This document shows positions 10,654 through 21,564 of a DNA stretch of 64,000 nt, piece by piece. Each line of letters starts with the position of its first letter. The first letter of the stretch is position 1. A program made the translations under genes and the position numbers. Source of the DNA: an uncultured Rivularia sp. Its GTDB lineage: Bacteria > Cyanobacteriota > Cyanobacteriia > Cyanobacteriales > Nostocaceae. Location: contig OY762007.1 of assembly GCA_963665115.1 (NCBI GenBank), positions 2,656,001 through 2,720,000 of the forward strand, read 5' to 3'. The notes beneath the pieces are model-generated. The model saw nothing but the letters and a program-made list of their open reading frames with translations. It searched no databases and had not been told where the DNA came from.

Positions 10654-10796
10654 GTTTCTCATCCACTAACTATGTCCCTTAAGCAATTTTACGGTTCTCA
10701 GATAAAAACTTTCACAGATATAAAGGAATACATACCTTTTTACATTGGTATTAATTAGGATGCACTGTCTACCGTAATCTAAACGAGCAACGAGCT

Positions 10797-12353
10797 ATGA
10801 CCGTTACGCTGATTAAATACCCCTCATCATTGTTGAATAAGATTGGCTCCTATGTTTGCCAAGCAGTTATTTATATTCAGCAACAGCAGCCCGAATTACT
10901 GCTCGATAAGTACAGGGGTGTATCTTGGCGTGAAACTAGCAATCAATCGCGTTTGAAAACAAAGCTCATAGAAGTGATTTCTAATGCCAAAGATTGGGAA
11001 TCCTTAATAAATCAAGTAGAAGCATTTATCCAGACTTTACTGATTCCTAATTCTACTAATACACCAGTTTTAATAAAACTACTAGAAAAAATTCGCCACC
11101 TCAATCCGAATATTTCACAGCCAAAACCTTCTAGCGTTCGACAAGATATAAACTCTTCTCAAAAAGAATCGTTACCTAAAGCAACCGAACAAAAGATTGA
11201 CGGAAATCAAAAAGATATAAACTCAACCGAATCTATTCACAAAGAATCTACTCGCGAAAATAATCAAGATATAAACTCCATTGAGTCTATTCAGAAAGAA
11301 TCTTCACCTACAGCAACTGAGTCAGAAACTTCTGAAGAACAATCTGAAAAACAACAAGATATTAATTCCGTTGATAAAAACTCAAACGAACAACCCCACA
11401 AGGAGATCGCCGCCTTACTTTTAGATGCAGAAAATGTCCAAATTACACCTGAAACAGAACAATTCTTAACAGAAAACTGCTTTAATTCCATTCAAATAAA
11501 AATCGCTTTTGCAAATTGGCAGGGAATGGGTCAAAAAGATATAGAATTTCATAACCGTGGCTACGATTTAATTCATGTTCCTCGCGGTAAAGAAAATGCT
11601 GAAGGAAAAATGATCGCCTTCGGTTCGATAATTGATGAGTATTACCCCAAAGTTAAAGAAGTTTTGGTGTTTTCCTCGAATAACGTCATGGCTCACTTGT
11701 GCGATCGCCTTCAACAAAAAGGGTTAACCGTTTATCAAGTTAGTCAAGAGTCGAGCAATTTGACTATCTTGAATGGCAAAACGAATGAAACCCAAAATCA
11801 TACTATTCTACCTTCTATAGAAAAACTTTTATCTCAGATAAAAGAGATAATTAAAGAACAAGAAGTACAGACTTCAAATCAATGGATAAAGCTTTCAATA
11901 ATCTGTAAATTATTTAAAGAAAAGTATAACTTTGGTGTAAATAAAGTTGTATCTCATCACCTCCCTGGTAAAAATGTCAAAAATATTTTTGTCAACAAAT
12001 CTGAGTTTGTAATTCATCAAATACCCGAACATCCAGAAATTTACATAACTTTATTCAAGATGCCGACTCTGCAAGAAGTAGATAATAATATTAAGTTATT
12101 GACATTTGGCAACAAATCGGATTTAGAACAAGCACTAATTAAAATTATTACCAATTTAGTTGGTAAAACTCCAGATAACTACATTCCCATCTATACTATT
12201 GGCGAAAAATTTGATAAAAAATACGGCAAAGCAATTACCAAGATACTCAAAGAATTAAACATGAGCGGTAATTTCGTCAATTTTTTACAGTCTTGCAATT
12301 CTTTTAAGCTTAAGAAAACTGGTAATATATGGCAAGTAGCTGTGAGCAGTTAA
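10797..12353 (+). CDS. NYN/LabA-like (PIN-fold) domain protein with C-terminal OST-HTH/LOTUS-like domains
   Basis: LLLDAENV motif, IAFANW, low-complexity repeated linker (QDINS...KES), helical C-terminal domains. Confidence 0.7.
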   Translation: MTVTLIKYPSSLLNKIGSYVCQAVIYIQQQQPELLLDKYRGVSWRETSNQSRLKTKLIEVISNAKDWESLINQVEAFIQTLLIPNSTNTPVLIKLLEKIRHLNPNISQPKPSSVRQDINSSQKESLPKATEQKIDGNQKDINSTESIHKESTRENNQDINSIESIQKESSPTATESETSEEQSEKQQDINSVDKNSNEQPHKEIAALLLDAENVQITPETEQFLTENCFNSIQIKIAFANWQGMGQKDIEFHNRGYDLIHVPRGKENAEGKMIAFGSIIDEYYPKVKEVLVFSSNNVMAHLCDRLQQKGLTVYQVSQESSNLTILNGKTNETQNHTILPSIEKLLSQIKEIIKEQEVQTSNQWIKLSIICKLFKEKYNFGVNKVVSHHLPGKNVKNIFVNKSEFVIHQIPEHPEIYITLFKMPTLQEVDNNIKLLTFGNKSDLEQALIKIITNLVGKTPDNYIPIYTIGEKFDKKYGKAITKILKELNMSGNFVNFLQSCNSFKLKKTGNIWQVAVSS

Positions 12354-12525
12354 GAGTTAGGAGTTATAAATAAAGTATCTACTCTTTCTACCCCCTTCTT
12401 TCATCTTCTAAAAGAAATTTTGCTAAAAAATAACGATTTCCTGCTTAGGAGTGACTTGAAATTCTGTCAAAAAAGGCAAAATTAACACACAGACAAGCTG
12501 AAGACTGCCTTTTTCTTCAATCAAA

Positions 12526-13606
12526 ATGAGAATTGCTTACGTTCACTTCTATGTTGAAGATGCTAAAACTTGGTGTGATTGGTTTGTACATCATCTTGAT
12601 TTTCAGAAATTAGATGATGATACTTTCACCTGTAGTTTTCCCGGAAGGGGAGATACAGCTTCTCATACCTCCACCGAAGTAGTCAAAAGCGGCTTGGTTT
12701 GCTTTGTGCTGTCTTCACCAATATCATCTATTAGCCCGGTGGCAAAATATCTATGTCAACATCCACCGGGAGTTGTAGATATCGCTTTTGAGGTAGAGAA
12801 TTTATCGGCGATAATTGCCCTAGCAGAGCAATTAGGAACAAAGGTTATACAGCCTACCGTAGAATCTCAAGAAGATCGAAACTATATTAAGCAGGCTAAG
12901 GTTATTGCCTGGGGAGGGACTTACACATACTTTATTAGAAAAACAGTTAACACGAAATCCTGTTGAAAATAATTCCTCGGCAAATTCCATCCAAGCAATA
13001 GATCATATCGTTTTGAATGTTCCGGTGGGAGATTTAAAAGCTGCCGTTGCTTGGTACCAAAATATTCTCGGTTTTCGCGGGCAGCAAAAATTTAATATTC
13101 AAACCGAATATTCTGCTTTGCACAGCCAAGTAATGGTTTCTCGCGACGGTAGCGTACAATTACCAATTAACGAACCTGCAACTCCTAATTCTCAAATTCA
13201 AGAATTTCTTAACGCTAACCGAGGAGCAGGTATTCAACATATCGCTTTACAAACCACCGATATTATTAGCAACATCGCTCTATTCCGCAGTCGTGGAGTT
13301 TCTTTTCTCCCCATCTCTCAAAGTTACTATTCCCGCTTGAAACAGCGAACAAATTTACCGCTTTTACCAAATGAACTAGATTATATTGTCGAACAAGAAA
13401 TTTTGGTAGATTGGAAGGAAGATTTTCCGAATGCTTTACTTTTACAAATTTTTACCCAGCCTATTTTTCCTCAACCCACTTTTTTCTTTGAGTTTATCGA
13501 GCGTCGGGAATGCGCTCAAGGTTTCGGAGAAGGCAACTTTCGCGCTTTATTTGAAGCAATGGAACTCGAACAAATGAAACGCGGAAGTTTACAACTTAAA
13601 GGTTAA
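12526..13606 (+). CDS. hppD: 4-hydroxyphenylpyruvate dioxygenase, split by a +1 frameshift at ~12916-12918
   Basis: VHFYVED, IDHIVLNV, GIQHIAL, LLQIFT, FFEFIERR, GFGEGNFRALFEA. Removing one G restores AWGGLTHTL. Confidence 0.9.
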
Positions 13607-13860
13607 TAATTAACAGATAATCCGTTCGCTCTGCTGAATCTAGCCAAGACAACCATTATGTCTACTATTCCTTTTCATTTGCTATGAATGGTTGGTGTTT
13701 CGCAAAATTTTTGGAGACGTAGCAGTATTGCGTCTCTACAACCCGCTCTGTATTAACTAAATAATTCAGAATTCAAAATTAACTAACTTATTAAATATTC
13801 ACAACTAGAAGATAGCAATTCTTGCGATAATCTGTAAATAAACTTTACAATTAGGCAGCA

Positions 13861-14547
13861 ATGATAAGAATTATTACAGATTTTGATGGACCTATTAGCG
13901 ATGTTTCCGAACGTTATTATCAAGTGTACCTATTGTGCTTAGAAAAAAATAGGCATCAAAATCAACAAGTACAAATACTTTCTAAAGAAGATTTTTGGGA
14001 ATTAAAACGTTCGCGTATTCCAGAAAAACAAATAGGTATTATGTGCGGTTTAGAAGAAGCACAAGCAGAACGTTTTGCGGCACAACGAAAACAAACCGTA
14101 CATACACAACCTTATTTCGAGCATGATATCTTAGCAACTGGGGCTGTAGATGCTTTATTAAAAGCTAAACAAGCCGGAATTGATTTAGCGGTAATGACTA
14201 TGCGGCGAGTGCGAGAATTAGAATATGCTTTAAAAAAATTTGATTTATACCAGTTTTTGCCTGAAAATCGCCGTTATTGCCTTAGTAATGATTATGTAAA
14301 AACCCGCGATATAGACGATAAACCGTTACTTATGGAACGTGCATTAAAAGAACTACCTCCCTCAGAAGATACTTGGATGGTAGGGGATACTGAAGCGGAT
14401 ATAGCTGCTGCGAAAAAACATGGTGTGAAGTCAATTGCTGTAGAATGTGGCATTCGCGATCGCGTTCAACTTGAAGCCTACAGTCCAGATATTTTTGTCA
14501 AAAATTTAACTGAAGCGGTTGACTTAATACTTAACAGTTATGAGTAA
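13861..14547 (+). CDS. HAD-superfamily hydrolase
   Basis: Motif I TDFDGP and motif IV MVGDTEADI. Confidence 0.85.
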   Translation: MIRIITDFDGPISDVSERYYQVYLLCLEKNRHQNQQVQILSKEDFWELKRSRIPEKQIGIMCGLEEAQAERFAAQRKQTVHTQPYFEHDILATGAVDALLKAKQAGIDLAVMTMRRVRELEYALKKFDLYQFLPENRRYCLSNDYVKTRDIDDKPLLMERALKELPPSEDTWMVGDTEADIAAAKKHGVKSIAVECGIRDRVQLEAYSPDIFVKNLTEAVDLILNSYE

Positions 14548-14653
14548 TCAAAAAGTATTTAAAACTAAGAATTAAAAAATGGGTATAAGGGAATCGATTG
14601 TTACGTTGAAGTCATAATCACTTACTTAAACATTCCCTATTACCCAACTAAAC

Positions 14654-15280
14654 CTATTTAAGAAAACTGCAAACCAGCCATAGTAATACAAAAGTAATCA
14701 CAGTGGCAAACTGATTCGTTGTAAAACCGGCCGATTGTAATTGTTGTATAAGGGCACTAGCAATAAGTCCTCCAACAATTAAACCAACGATCAAACCTAT
14801 TAAAGTTAATAAAGCTGCTCTACCGAATCTACTTTCTTTGCGATTGAGGAAATAAATGCTTACTCCAACTCCAAGTACCAACATTAACTGTAAAACCTCG
14901 TCGCCATCAGTTCTGTAAAACAAACTGTTGGCACTTAAACCTAAATACCAAACTCCAGGTATAACTACGTCGAGGGTACTAGGTTTATCTATCATTCGTT
15001 GCAGCCATGCAGGTGACTGCTTTTGCGGAACGGGACTTACGTCGGGAGCTACCTGCTCTCTGCGTTCGGGAAAGCGAATGCGTTCGGGTACTTTGATTTT
15101 CCCTTCTTGACGCATCCGCAAGCGGTCCATCAATACAGCATCATAAGCCGCTTCAATCATTTCAAGACGCTGACTATCGCCACTATGTTGTTCTACTTGG
15201 CGATCGCGTGTATCTTGAATTTCTTCAAAGCTAGCGTCTTCTGATACCCCAAGTTTTTCGTAGGGATTTTGGTCGCTCAT
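14654..15280 (-). CDS. CPP1-like J-domain-related membrane protein (DUF3353)
   Basis: NPYEKLGVSEDASFEEI...IEAAYDAVLMDRLRMRQEGKI followed by TM helices. Confidence 0.85.
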   Translation of the reverse strand: MSDQNPYEKLGVSEDASFEEIQDTRDRQVEQHSGDSQRLEMIEAAYDAVLMDRLRMRQEGKIKVPERIRFPERREQVAPDVSPVPQKQSPAWLQRMIDKPSTLDVVIPGVWYLGLSANSLFYRTDGDEVLQLMLVLGVGVSIYFLNRKESRFGRAALLTLIGLIVGLIVGGLIASALIQQLQSAGFTTNQFATVITFVLLWLVCSFLK

Positions 15281-16655
15281 GGGAGTTAATTACTGATAGC
15301 GAAGTCGGAGAAAGGCGTTCGTTAATAAAAACTATTTTATGATTTACTTTGGTAGAAACCAATATCGTTGTATCGAGCCACTCTCCAAATTTAATTCGAG
15401 AAATTTAGGCTAGAAGTTAGGTATAGCTTGCCTTCGGGTTTTATATGCATAAAACAGCTTTGTAGGCTAGATAATTCTTGCTTTTATGAGAACCGCGAGA
15501 ACCCACATGGTGATTCGGGAAATACATAAAGCACGCTACACGAACAGACGAGCTTACGGCTTTCATGGTGACTTTAATCAACATTTGTATGCCTCCAGCG
15601 GTCTGCGGCTTCGATCTTGGGACAAAACCCTACATAGAAACTTTCTGGCAGTCTTTGTCCAACTATTATATCCGGGTACTTTCAACCGTGGATTGCGGAC
15701 AAAATTCTGGCAAGTTAGCATATCTGGTTAACAAGCTTATCATATCATTTTACGACAATTAAAATTGCCCGTTTGTCGTCCTAACCTCCGATTAAAAAAA
15801 ATAGGCTTGCAGAAAAATGCAAACTTTTTGCGATCGTTCATTTAAAAAAAAGAGGTTACAGTTTCCACAAAAATAGCGGGCTGTTTTTTTTTGAAGATGA
15901 CCAATGCTACATAAATTAATGGGTTCATATTCGCGTTATCGGGTCGCGTGCAGTTAACCAAAACGGGTTGGCGCAGCTAATGTCTTGATATCGGGAATAG
16001 TCTACCCCCTTAAGAATACGGCTTCACAGTTCTTTTTAATTTTAATAGTATTACTAAGTAGAAGCATGAAACAGACTCAGACTGAGTGCCCAAGTAATTT
16101 TCACTAATCGTAACTTTAATATATCGCAATAACTCCGTGTATCCCCTCATGCCGTTGAGCAATTAGAGCTTTACTCTAGAATTTGAGTTAAAAGCACAAA
16201 AATTAGACATCTTTTATGAAAAAATTAAAATTTGTGTTTTATTTAAAGCAGCAATATTTCTCCGGAGGAAAATTTGTTAGTTAACTTATGAACTTCTTTT
16301 CGTGCCGTTTAACCGCATATAGATTTAAAATTGATAGCGTTTAAATTATTTATCACTTGAAGTAACTAATTTTCTAGTTTAATCTTCAAGTTATAGAGTT
16401 GGAAGTTGAAATATCTATAATTATTAGATATTCTCACAAGCAAAGAAGAGCATTGCTGCTTTATACTCAGGGTTGCATAAAAGATAAAAATTATGTTCTC
16501 CGCTTGCCGTGAGGCATCGGCATTACAAAACGTATGTCGAAGGTCAAAACGGATTACGAGAGCTTTAGCATTGTAGATTATTTTTGCCCGAACGCGGATA
16601 TCCGCGCTTAAAAACGCAATCCGCTTGTAAATCCTATGAATTTTTTTGCAAAGTG

Positions 16656-17381
16656 ATGGTCATGGCTCCCACCGCCAAGATTCTTGTAGTTGACGACGAT
16701 CCTGCCGTTAGGAATTTAATCCAACGCTTCTTGATGAAACAAAGCTATCAAGTGGAAGCTGCCGAAGATGGCAAAACCGCTTTAGCTCTATTCGAGCAAT
16801 TTAATCCAGATTTGGTAATTTTAGACGTTAATTTACCAGACGTAATTGGATTTAACCTTTGCCAAGAAATGCAGAGTCGCAACGGTGTTTTTGTTTTAAT
16901 GCTGACTAGTCGTGCGGACGAAGCCGATAAAATTCGCGGCTTTTCCAAAGGTGCTGACGACTACCTAACTAAACCCTTCGGTTTAGGAGAGTTAGAAGTC
17001 AGAGTCGCAGCCATTCTGCGCCGTCAGCGCGTTGTTACCACAGCGGAACAAAAACGTTTGGTTTTTGAAAAGTTGATGATAGATCCCGTCCGAAGAGAAG
17101 TTTCGCTTAATAACCTACCAGTACCTTTGACTGCTTTGGAATTTGATTTATTACATTTCTTAGCCAGTCATCCCGGTCGAGTTTGGCGACGTGCCGAACT
17201 TATCCAAGAGGTATGGGATTATGAGTATGTCGGCGACCAAAGGGTTGTAGACGTACATATAGGTCAAATTCGCAAAAAGATTGAAGCTGATGCTGCTCAG
17301 CCTGCTTTAATTCAGACAGTACGCGGCGTTGGCTATAAATTTGAATGTCCGGCTCCAGCCCCGCAACCTGAGAAAGTTTAG
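16656..17381 (+). CDS. OmpR-family response regulator
   Basis: ILVVDDD, LVILDVNLP, GADDYLTKPF, winged helix VDVHIGQIRKKIE...TVRGVGY; start probably ATG 16656 or 16662. Confidence 0.9.
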   Translation: MVMAPTAKILVVDDDPAVRNLIQRFLMKQSYQVEAAEDGKTALALFEQFNPDLVILDVNLPDVIGFNLCQEMQSRNGVFVLMLTSRADEADKIRGFSKGADDYLTKPFGLGELEVRVAAILRRQRVVTTAEQKRLVFEKLMIDPVRREVSLNNLPVPLTALEFDLLHFLASHPGRVWRRAELIQEVWDYEYVGDQRVVDVHIGQIRKKIEADAAQPALIQTVRGVGYKFECPAPAPQPEKV

Positions 17382-17388
17382 TACAACG

Positions 17389-17407
17389 GGAGGTTAAACC
17401 TCCTTTT
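17389..17407 (+). terminator. Intrinsic terminator
   Basis: GGAGG-TTAAA-CCTCC-TTTT just after the stop codon. Confidence 0.6.
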
Positions 17408-17709
17408 ACCCATTCTCGGTTTATGAAGCACGTCTGCGGGCTTATTGAAACTTTATAACAGACAAAGTGGTAAATTCTTTTGTGAATGTCAATGCTTAAA
17501 ATTTTAATTTGTATGTCAGGCTATCTTGACATTATCTACGCAAATTAAATAACGGTGAGATATTTCTTTAAATATTAAAAATACTAAATTTTTGCTTCTA
17601 ATGGAGCTTAACATTTTTTTATTTGAAAATAGTATAAACCATGAGGTCTAATAACAAAAACCTCTCTAAGTTGGATATTTATTAGATTGAAAAATTATAT
17701 TTATCGATT

Positions 17710-17741
17710 AACCCGGTTTTTTGAGAAAACCGGGTTTTTTT
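17710..17741. repeat. AACCCGGTTTT palindrome (REP-like or bidirectional terminator)
   Basis: AACCCGGTTTT-ttgag-AAAACCGGGTT; near-identical copy at 53775-53800. Confidence 0.7.
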
Positions 17742-17968
17742 ATCGCTAATAACTAATAAACGTTAATTAGCGCCCTCATTTCACAAGAAAACGAGCAATA
17801 AGGAGCGACAATCGCTTCCTTATTGGTACTGGCTCACAATAAAGAACGTACATCTTTTCTAGCACTGCCGTGCATACTCTAACCAATTTTAGATATTGCT
17901 CCGCACTTCAACCGGGGCACTCGGCATCAACCGCTCATAGGGCTTGCACGATCGAGCGGCTTTCTATT

Positions 17969-18169
17969 TTAAGAATAATGATGAAACAACGTTTCTAAAT
18001 AAACTCTAGCTGCACGGCGATCGCTATCTCCATTTTGCAGCAAGAACAAGGACAGAGCAGCAGTAAGTACTCGGTCTTGATCCCAATCTGGATGGGTTTC
18101 TAAATAATTCTTCAAAGAGTCGTGAAGTGTTTCGGGGACTGCTGCTAAAAGGCTAACTGTGGCGTTCAT
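17969..18169 (-). CDS. DUF2811 family small protein
   Basis: MNATVSLLAAVPETLHDSLKNYLETHPDWDQDRVLTAALSLFLLQNG; ATG at 18169. Confidence 0.8.
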   Translation of the reverse strand: MNATVSLLAAVPETLHDSLKNYLETHPDWDQDRVLTAALSLFLLQNGDSDRRAARVYLETLFHHYS

Positions 18170-18527
18170 AATTCTTCTCCTGAAAATCGGGCTATTAAAG
18201 GGGGAATACAGACCTACTATGACCTTGATGGCAAACAAAGACGAATCTGTGCTGCATAGAGGTATCGGCAAACTGCAATATTACATTGATTTTTGGGTGG
18301 ACTAAAAAAATCTTGTCGCATCATTCTGCGCTAAGAAGGGGTAGGTTTGTCAATGCTGCGAAATGTTAAAAAGCTAGGTATAAAATTCTGCACTCTACGG
18401 AGCAATAGGGCTTAGGCAGCTTTTATTGTTACAATACTTCATAATAACTCAGTCCTTATAAATCCTTATCTTGGCTTTTGGAAATCCCCAGCAATATCTG
18501 AAGAAGCCTATTTAAACGTAAATAGCC

Positions 18528-18580
18528 TGTGGAAAACTTATCTTATGCCTGTGGAAACTATGTGGAATCAGTGAGGAAAA
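18528..18580 (-). promoter_or_regulatory. Cluster of DnaA-box-like 9-mers (TTTTCCACA type) in 11-bp phase
   Basis: TGTGGAAAA 18528, TGTGGAAAC 18550, TGTGGAATC 18561, TGAGGAAAA 18572. Confidence 0.55.
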
Positions 18581-18629
18581 TTCCGGCTAATGATAAGAAT
18601 TACAAAAATATTATCTACTTGTTGCTTTA

Positions 18630-19890
18630 TTGCCAATGAAATCCTTTATACGTAACCACTTACCGGCTATTGATACTCAAATTTGGATTTTGGCGATCGG
18701 TCGATTGTTAAGCGAAGTGGGTACGGGTTTTACTTTGTTTTACGCTCCCATCTTCTTTGTGAATCAAATTGGTTTATCGGCAACTACTGTTGGTATAGCT
18801 TTAGGCAGTAATTCTATATCAGGGGTTGTCGGAAGGATTTTGGGAGGTTCTTTAGCTGATTCACCTTGGTGGGGGTCGTCGTCGTACTTTGTTGCTTAGT
18901 GCTGCTATTTCTGCTATTGGTTCTTTAGTTTTAGCCGCAACGAATGATTTTGTCACCCTTGTAATTGGTAATTTGATAAATGGGTTAGGTGTCGGTTTGT
19001 ATTGGCCAGCGACAGAGGCTGTTGTTGCCGATCTAACTAATAGTGAAAACAGCCGCGAAGCTTTTGCTATTACAAGATTTGCGGACAATATTGGTTTGGG
19101 CTTGGGAATAGTTTTAGCAGGAGCATTGGTAGCGAGTACTGCTAATTATCGCTTGCTATTCATCATTGATGGGGTCTCGTTTATTGTATTTTTCGCAGTT
19201 ATTTATGCATCAATAAAACCAACATCACATCATGGGGATGCAACATCGGATTCTACCGTGCAACAAGTGGATTCTTGGGTAACAGCATTGAGGGACAATC
19301 GTCTGCTGATATTTGTGGTAGTAAATATTATCTTTACTACTTATATTTCTCAGCTACACAGTACTTTACCTCTTTATTTCAAGAATTTTATTCAGGTTTC
19401 GGAAGTAGATAAAGGTATGGCAGAAACAACTATTAGCGCTCTTTTTACTTGGCACTTAATAGTCGCGATAATTGCACAATTACCTGTTGCTCGGTTGATG
19501 AAGCGTTTCTCCCACTTTGTAGCGCTTAGCATTTCAGCTTTGTTATGGGCAATTGGTTTTATTTGTATTTGGGTAACTGGTGTTTCATCTTCTTATTCAA
19601 TAGTATGGGCTGCTTTAGCATTATTCTTATTTGCTTTGGCTATCGTTTCCTATACTCCTTCGGCCGCAGCTTTTGTCAGCGATATAGCTCCGGTAGATAA
19701 ACGCGGTATATATTTTTCTATTAATTCCCTTTGCTGGGCTGCTGGTTATTTGATTGGTCCCCCTTTGGGTGGTTGGGCATTAGACCAATCCCGATCTGCG
19801 ATCAATATTTTTTGGTTGAGCTTAGCTGCAAGCATTATTTTGACAATTGCGATTTTACGCTATTTGCACCGTTTGATTTCAAGTTCATAG
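18630..19890 (+). CDS. MFS transporter, split by a +1 frameshift at ~18871-18875
   Basis: Removing one G gives motif A-like GSLADSPWWGRRRTLL; multiple TM helices across both ORFs. Confidence 0.85.
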
Positions 19891-20346
19891 CTTATTGATA
19901 ATGCAATAAACAGTTTTTATTTTCACTAATGCTATAACTTAATCTATTTTATAAATCAATTTATATTTTATTTTTAAGAAATAATTTTTAGCAAATTATA
20001 GAATAAGTGAGGCGGTTCGTGATATTGTCTCTTATATAATAGGAGTATATCTTAAAAAAATATTTGTGTTTATATTCCCATTATAATAATGATATTATCA
20101 TCAAAGCTGTCACCGAATCGCCCTTATTTAAAAAATTCTCTCAAGATCAAAAAATAAGTAAAATCAAGAAAAAATAATCAAATAAGATTAGAAAATAAGT
20201 AAATGGAAACGGAAGGAAGCTAATGTCAGATATAGCAGTCCAATCGTATGAACCGACCCACGCAAGTGGCTTGGCTACATATACAGAACCCCTCCGGGTT
20301 CACCACTCCCCTCAACGCGGGTTCCCCGAAGTACGAGGGGACTGCC

Positions 20347-20372
20347 GTTAGCGAAGCAAGGCGTTAGCCTTA
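20347..20372 (-). mobile_element. SDR-like micro-element within a GC-rich nest of short palindromes (~20225-20440)
   Basis: G[TTAGCGAAGC-AAGGC-GTTA-GCCTT]A. Confidence 0.65.
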
Positions 20373-20501
20373 CCCGAAGGGACAATGAGCGGTGTAGTAG
20401 CGGTAAGAAAGCGCCGGATACTTTTAAAACATCCTCTTAAAAATAGTTTTGAATCATTAATAAATAACAATTCAAAACTAGCGAAAAGATGTTGATAAAG
20501 C

Positions 20502-21149
20502 TTATTTACTTCTTTCTTGCAACTTGCGATAGACAGATTTTAAATCGACATTGTGATGAGCTAAAGCGACCAAAGTATGATACAGCAAATCGGCAGCTTC
20601 ACCGGCGATCGCATCTGCATCATCATCTTTACAAGCCATAACCACCTCAGCGGATTCCTCACCAATCTTTTTTAAAATTTTGTTATCGCCACCTTGGAAT
20701 AACTTACAAGTGTATGAATCCTCAGTGGGATTATCGCGTCGGTTGCATATTACGTCAAATAATTGTGACAAAGTATCGGCAGGAGGTGGAATAATTTTGC
20801 TATCAACCTGGTGAAAACAACTTCTTTCTCCAGTATGACAAGCAATATCGCCTACTTGTTCGACACCAACTAAAAGAGCATCACTATCGCAGTCGTAGCG
20901 GAGACTATGCACCAGTTGAATATGTCCGCTCGTCGCACCCTTGTGCCATAATTCCTGACGGGAACGGCTCCAAAACCAAGTTTCATTAGTTTCCAAAGTT
21001 TTGGTTAAAGATTCTTGATTCATCCATGCCATCATCAAAACCGTGCCATCTAAATAATCTTGGACTATAGCTGGCACCAAACCTCGTTCATCGTAGCGAA
21101 TTTGATCGACGGGGACAGAGTTTTGCAAATCTGTTACAGAAAAAAACAT
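20502..21149 (-). CDS. hisIE: Bifunctional phosphoribosyl-AMP cyclohydrolase / phosphoribosyl-ATP pyrophosphatase
   Basis: [49 protein letters not shown]. Confidence 0.95.
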   Translation of the reverse strand: MFFSVTDLQNSVPVDQIRYDERGLVPAIVQDYLDGTVLMMAWMNQESLTKTLETNETWFWSRSRQELWHKGATSGHIQLVHSLRYDCDSDALLVGVEQVGDIACHTGERSCFHQVDSKIIPPPADTLSQLFDVICNRRDNPTEDSYTCKLFQGGDNKILKKIGEESAEVVMACKDDDADAIAGEAADLLYHTLVALAHHNVDLKSVYRKLQERSK

Positions 21150-21245
21150 ACCAGCTAGATACCGCCCTTTAGTAAGAATGATTCATAAATTCACGATATC
21201 ATTCTGTATGGTGTATCTTTACGGGATGTTTTTCCTTTATGCTTA

Positions 21246-21435
21246 CGGTTAGACTTCAAAGAATCGCGTTTCTTTGCTATGCAAAGTGCATTCTTGGCGG
21301 CACTTAAAGCGATAGGCAAGAGCTTGATAAAGCTTCACCGTACTAATGGATAGCTGAGTTGAAAGCCACCCGACAAACATCCCGAACAGCCTTACTAGTA
21401 ACGATTACGAATCTCAATACAGAAGATCCCGATCT
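21246..21435 (-). ncRNA. ssrS: 6S RNA (cyanobacterial 6Sa/SsaA)
   Basis: Minus strand contains CTGTTCGGGATGTTTGTCGGGTGG, CAACTCAG, GTACGGT and GTGCCGCCAAGAATGC, which I recognise from cyanobacterial 6S RNAs. The ends can pair into a long hairpin. Boundaries are approximate. Confidence 0.75.
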
Positions 21436-21564
21436 GACTTACATAACAAATTGTTATTTTCCAGGAAACGCGCTAGTTCAGCTAATTTATTACGATATAA
21501 GTTTGAAGCAGTATTAGCCCCTATCCAAAGATAGACCATTATTATTACACTCTAGGAGACAGCC

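Noticed and set aside
10472..10666. ORF 10472-10666 and ORF 43545-43772
   Set aside because: They are translations of the MITE copies, not genes
15486..15762. Short ORFs 15486-15731 and 15565-15762 in the long intergenic region
   Set aside because: They overlap each other in different frames and show no recognisable motifs; a small RNA here cannot be excluded, but I cannot support one
18428..18446. Possible RpaB HLR1 or NtcA site (GTTACAATACTTCATAAT)
   Set aside because: Only one good half-site; not distinguishable from chance in AT-rich DNA
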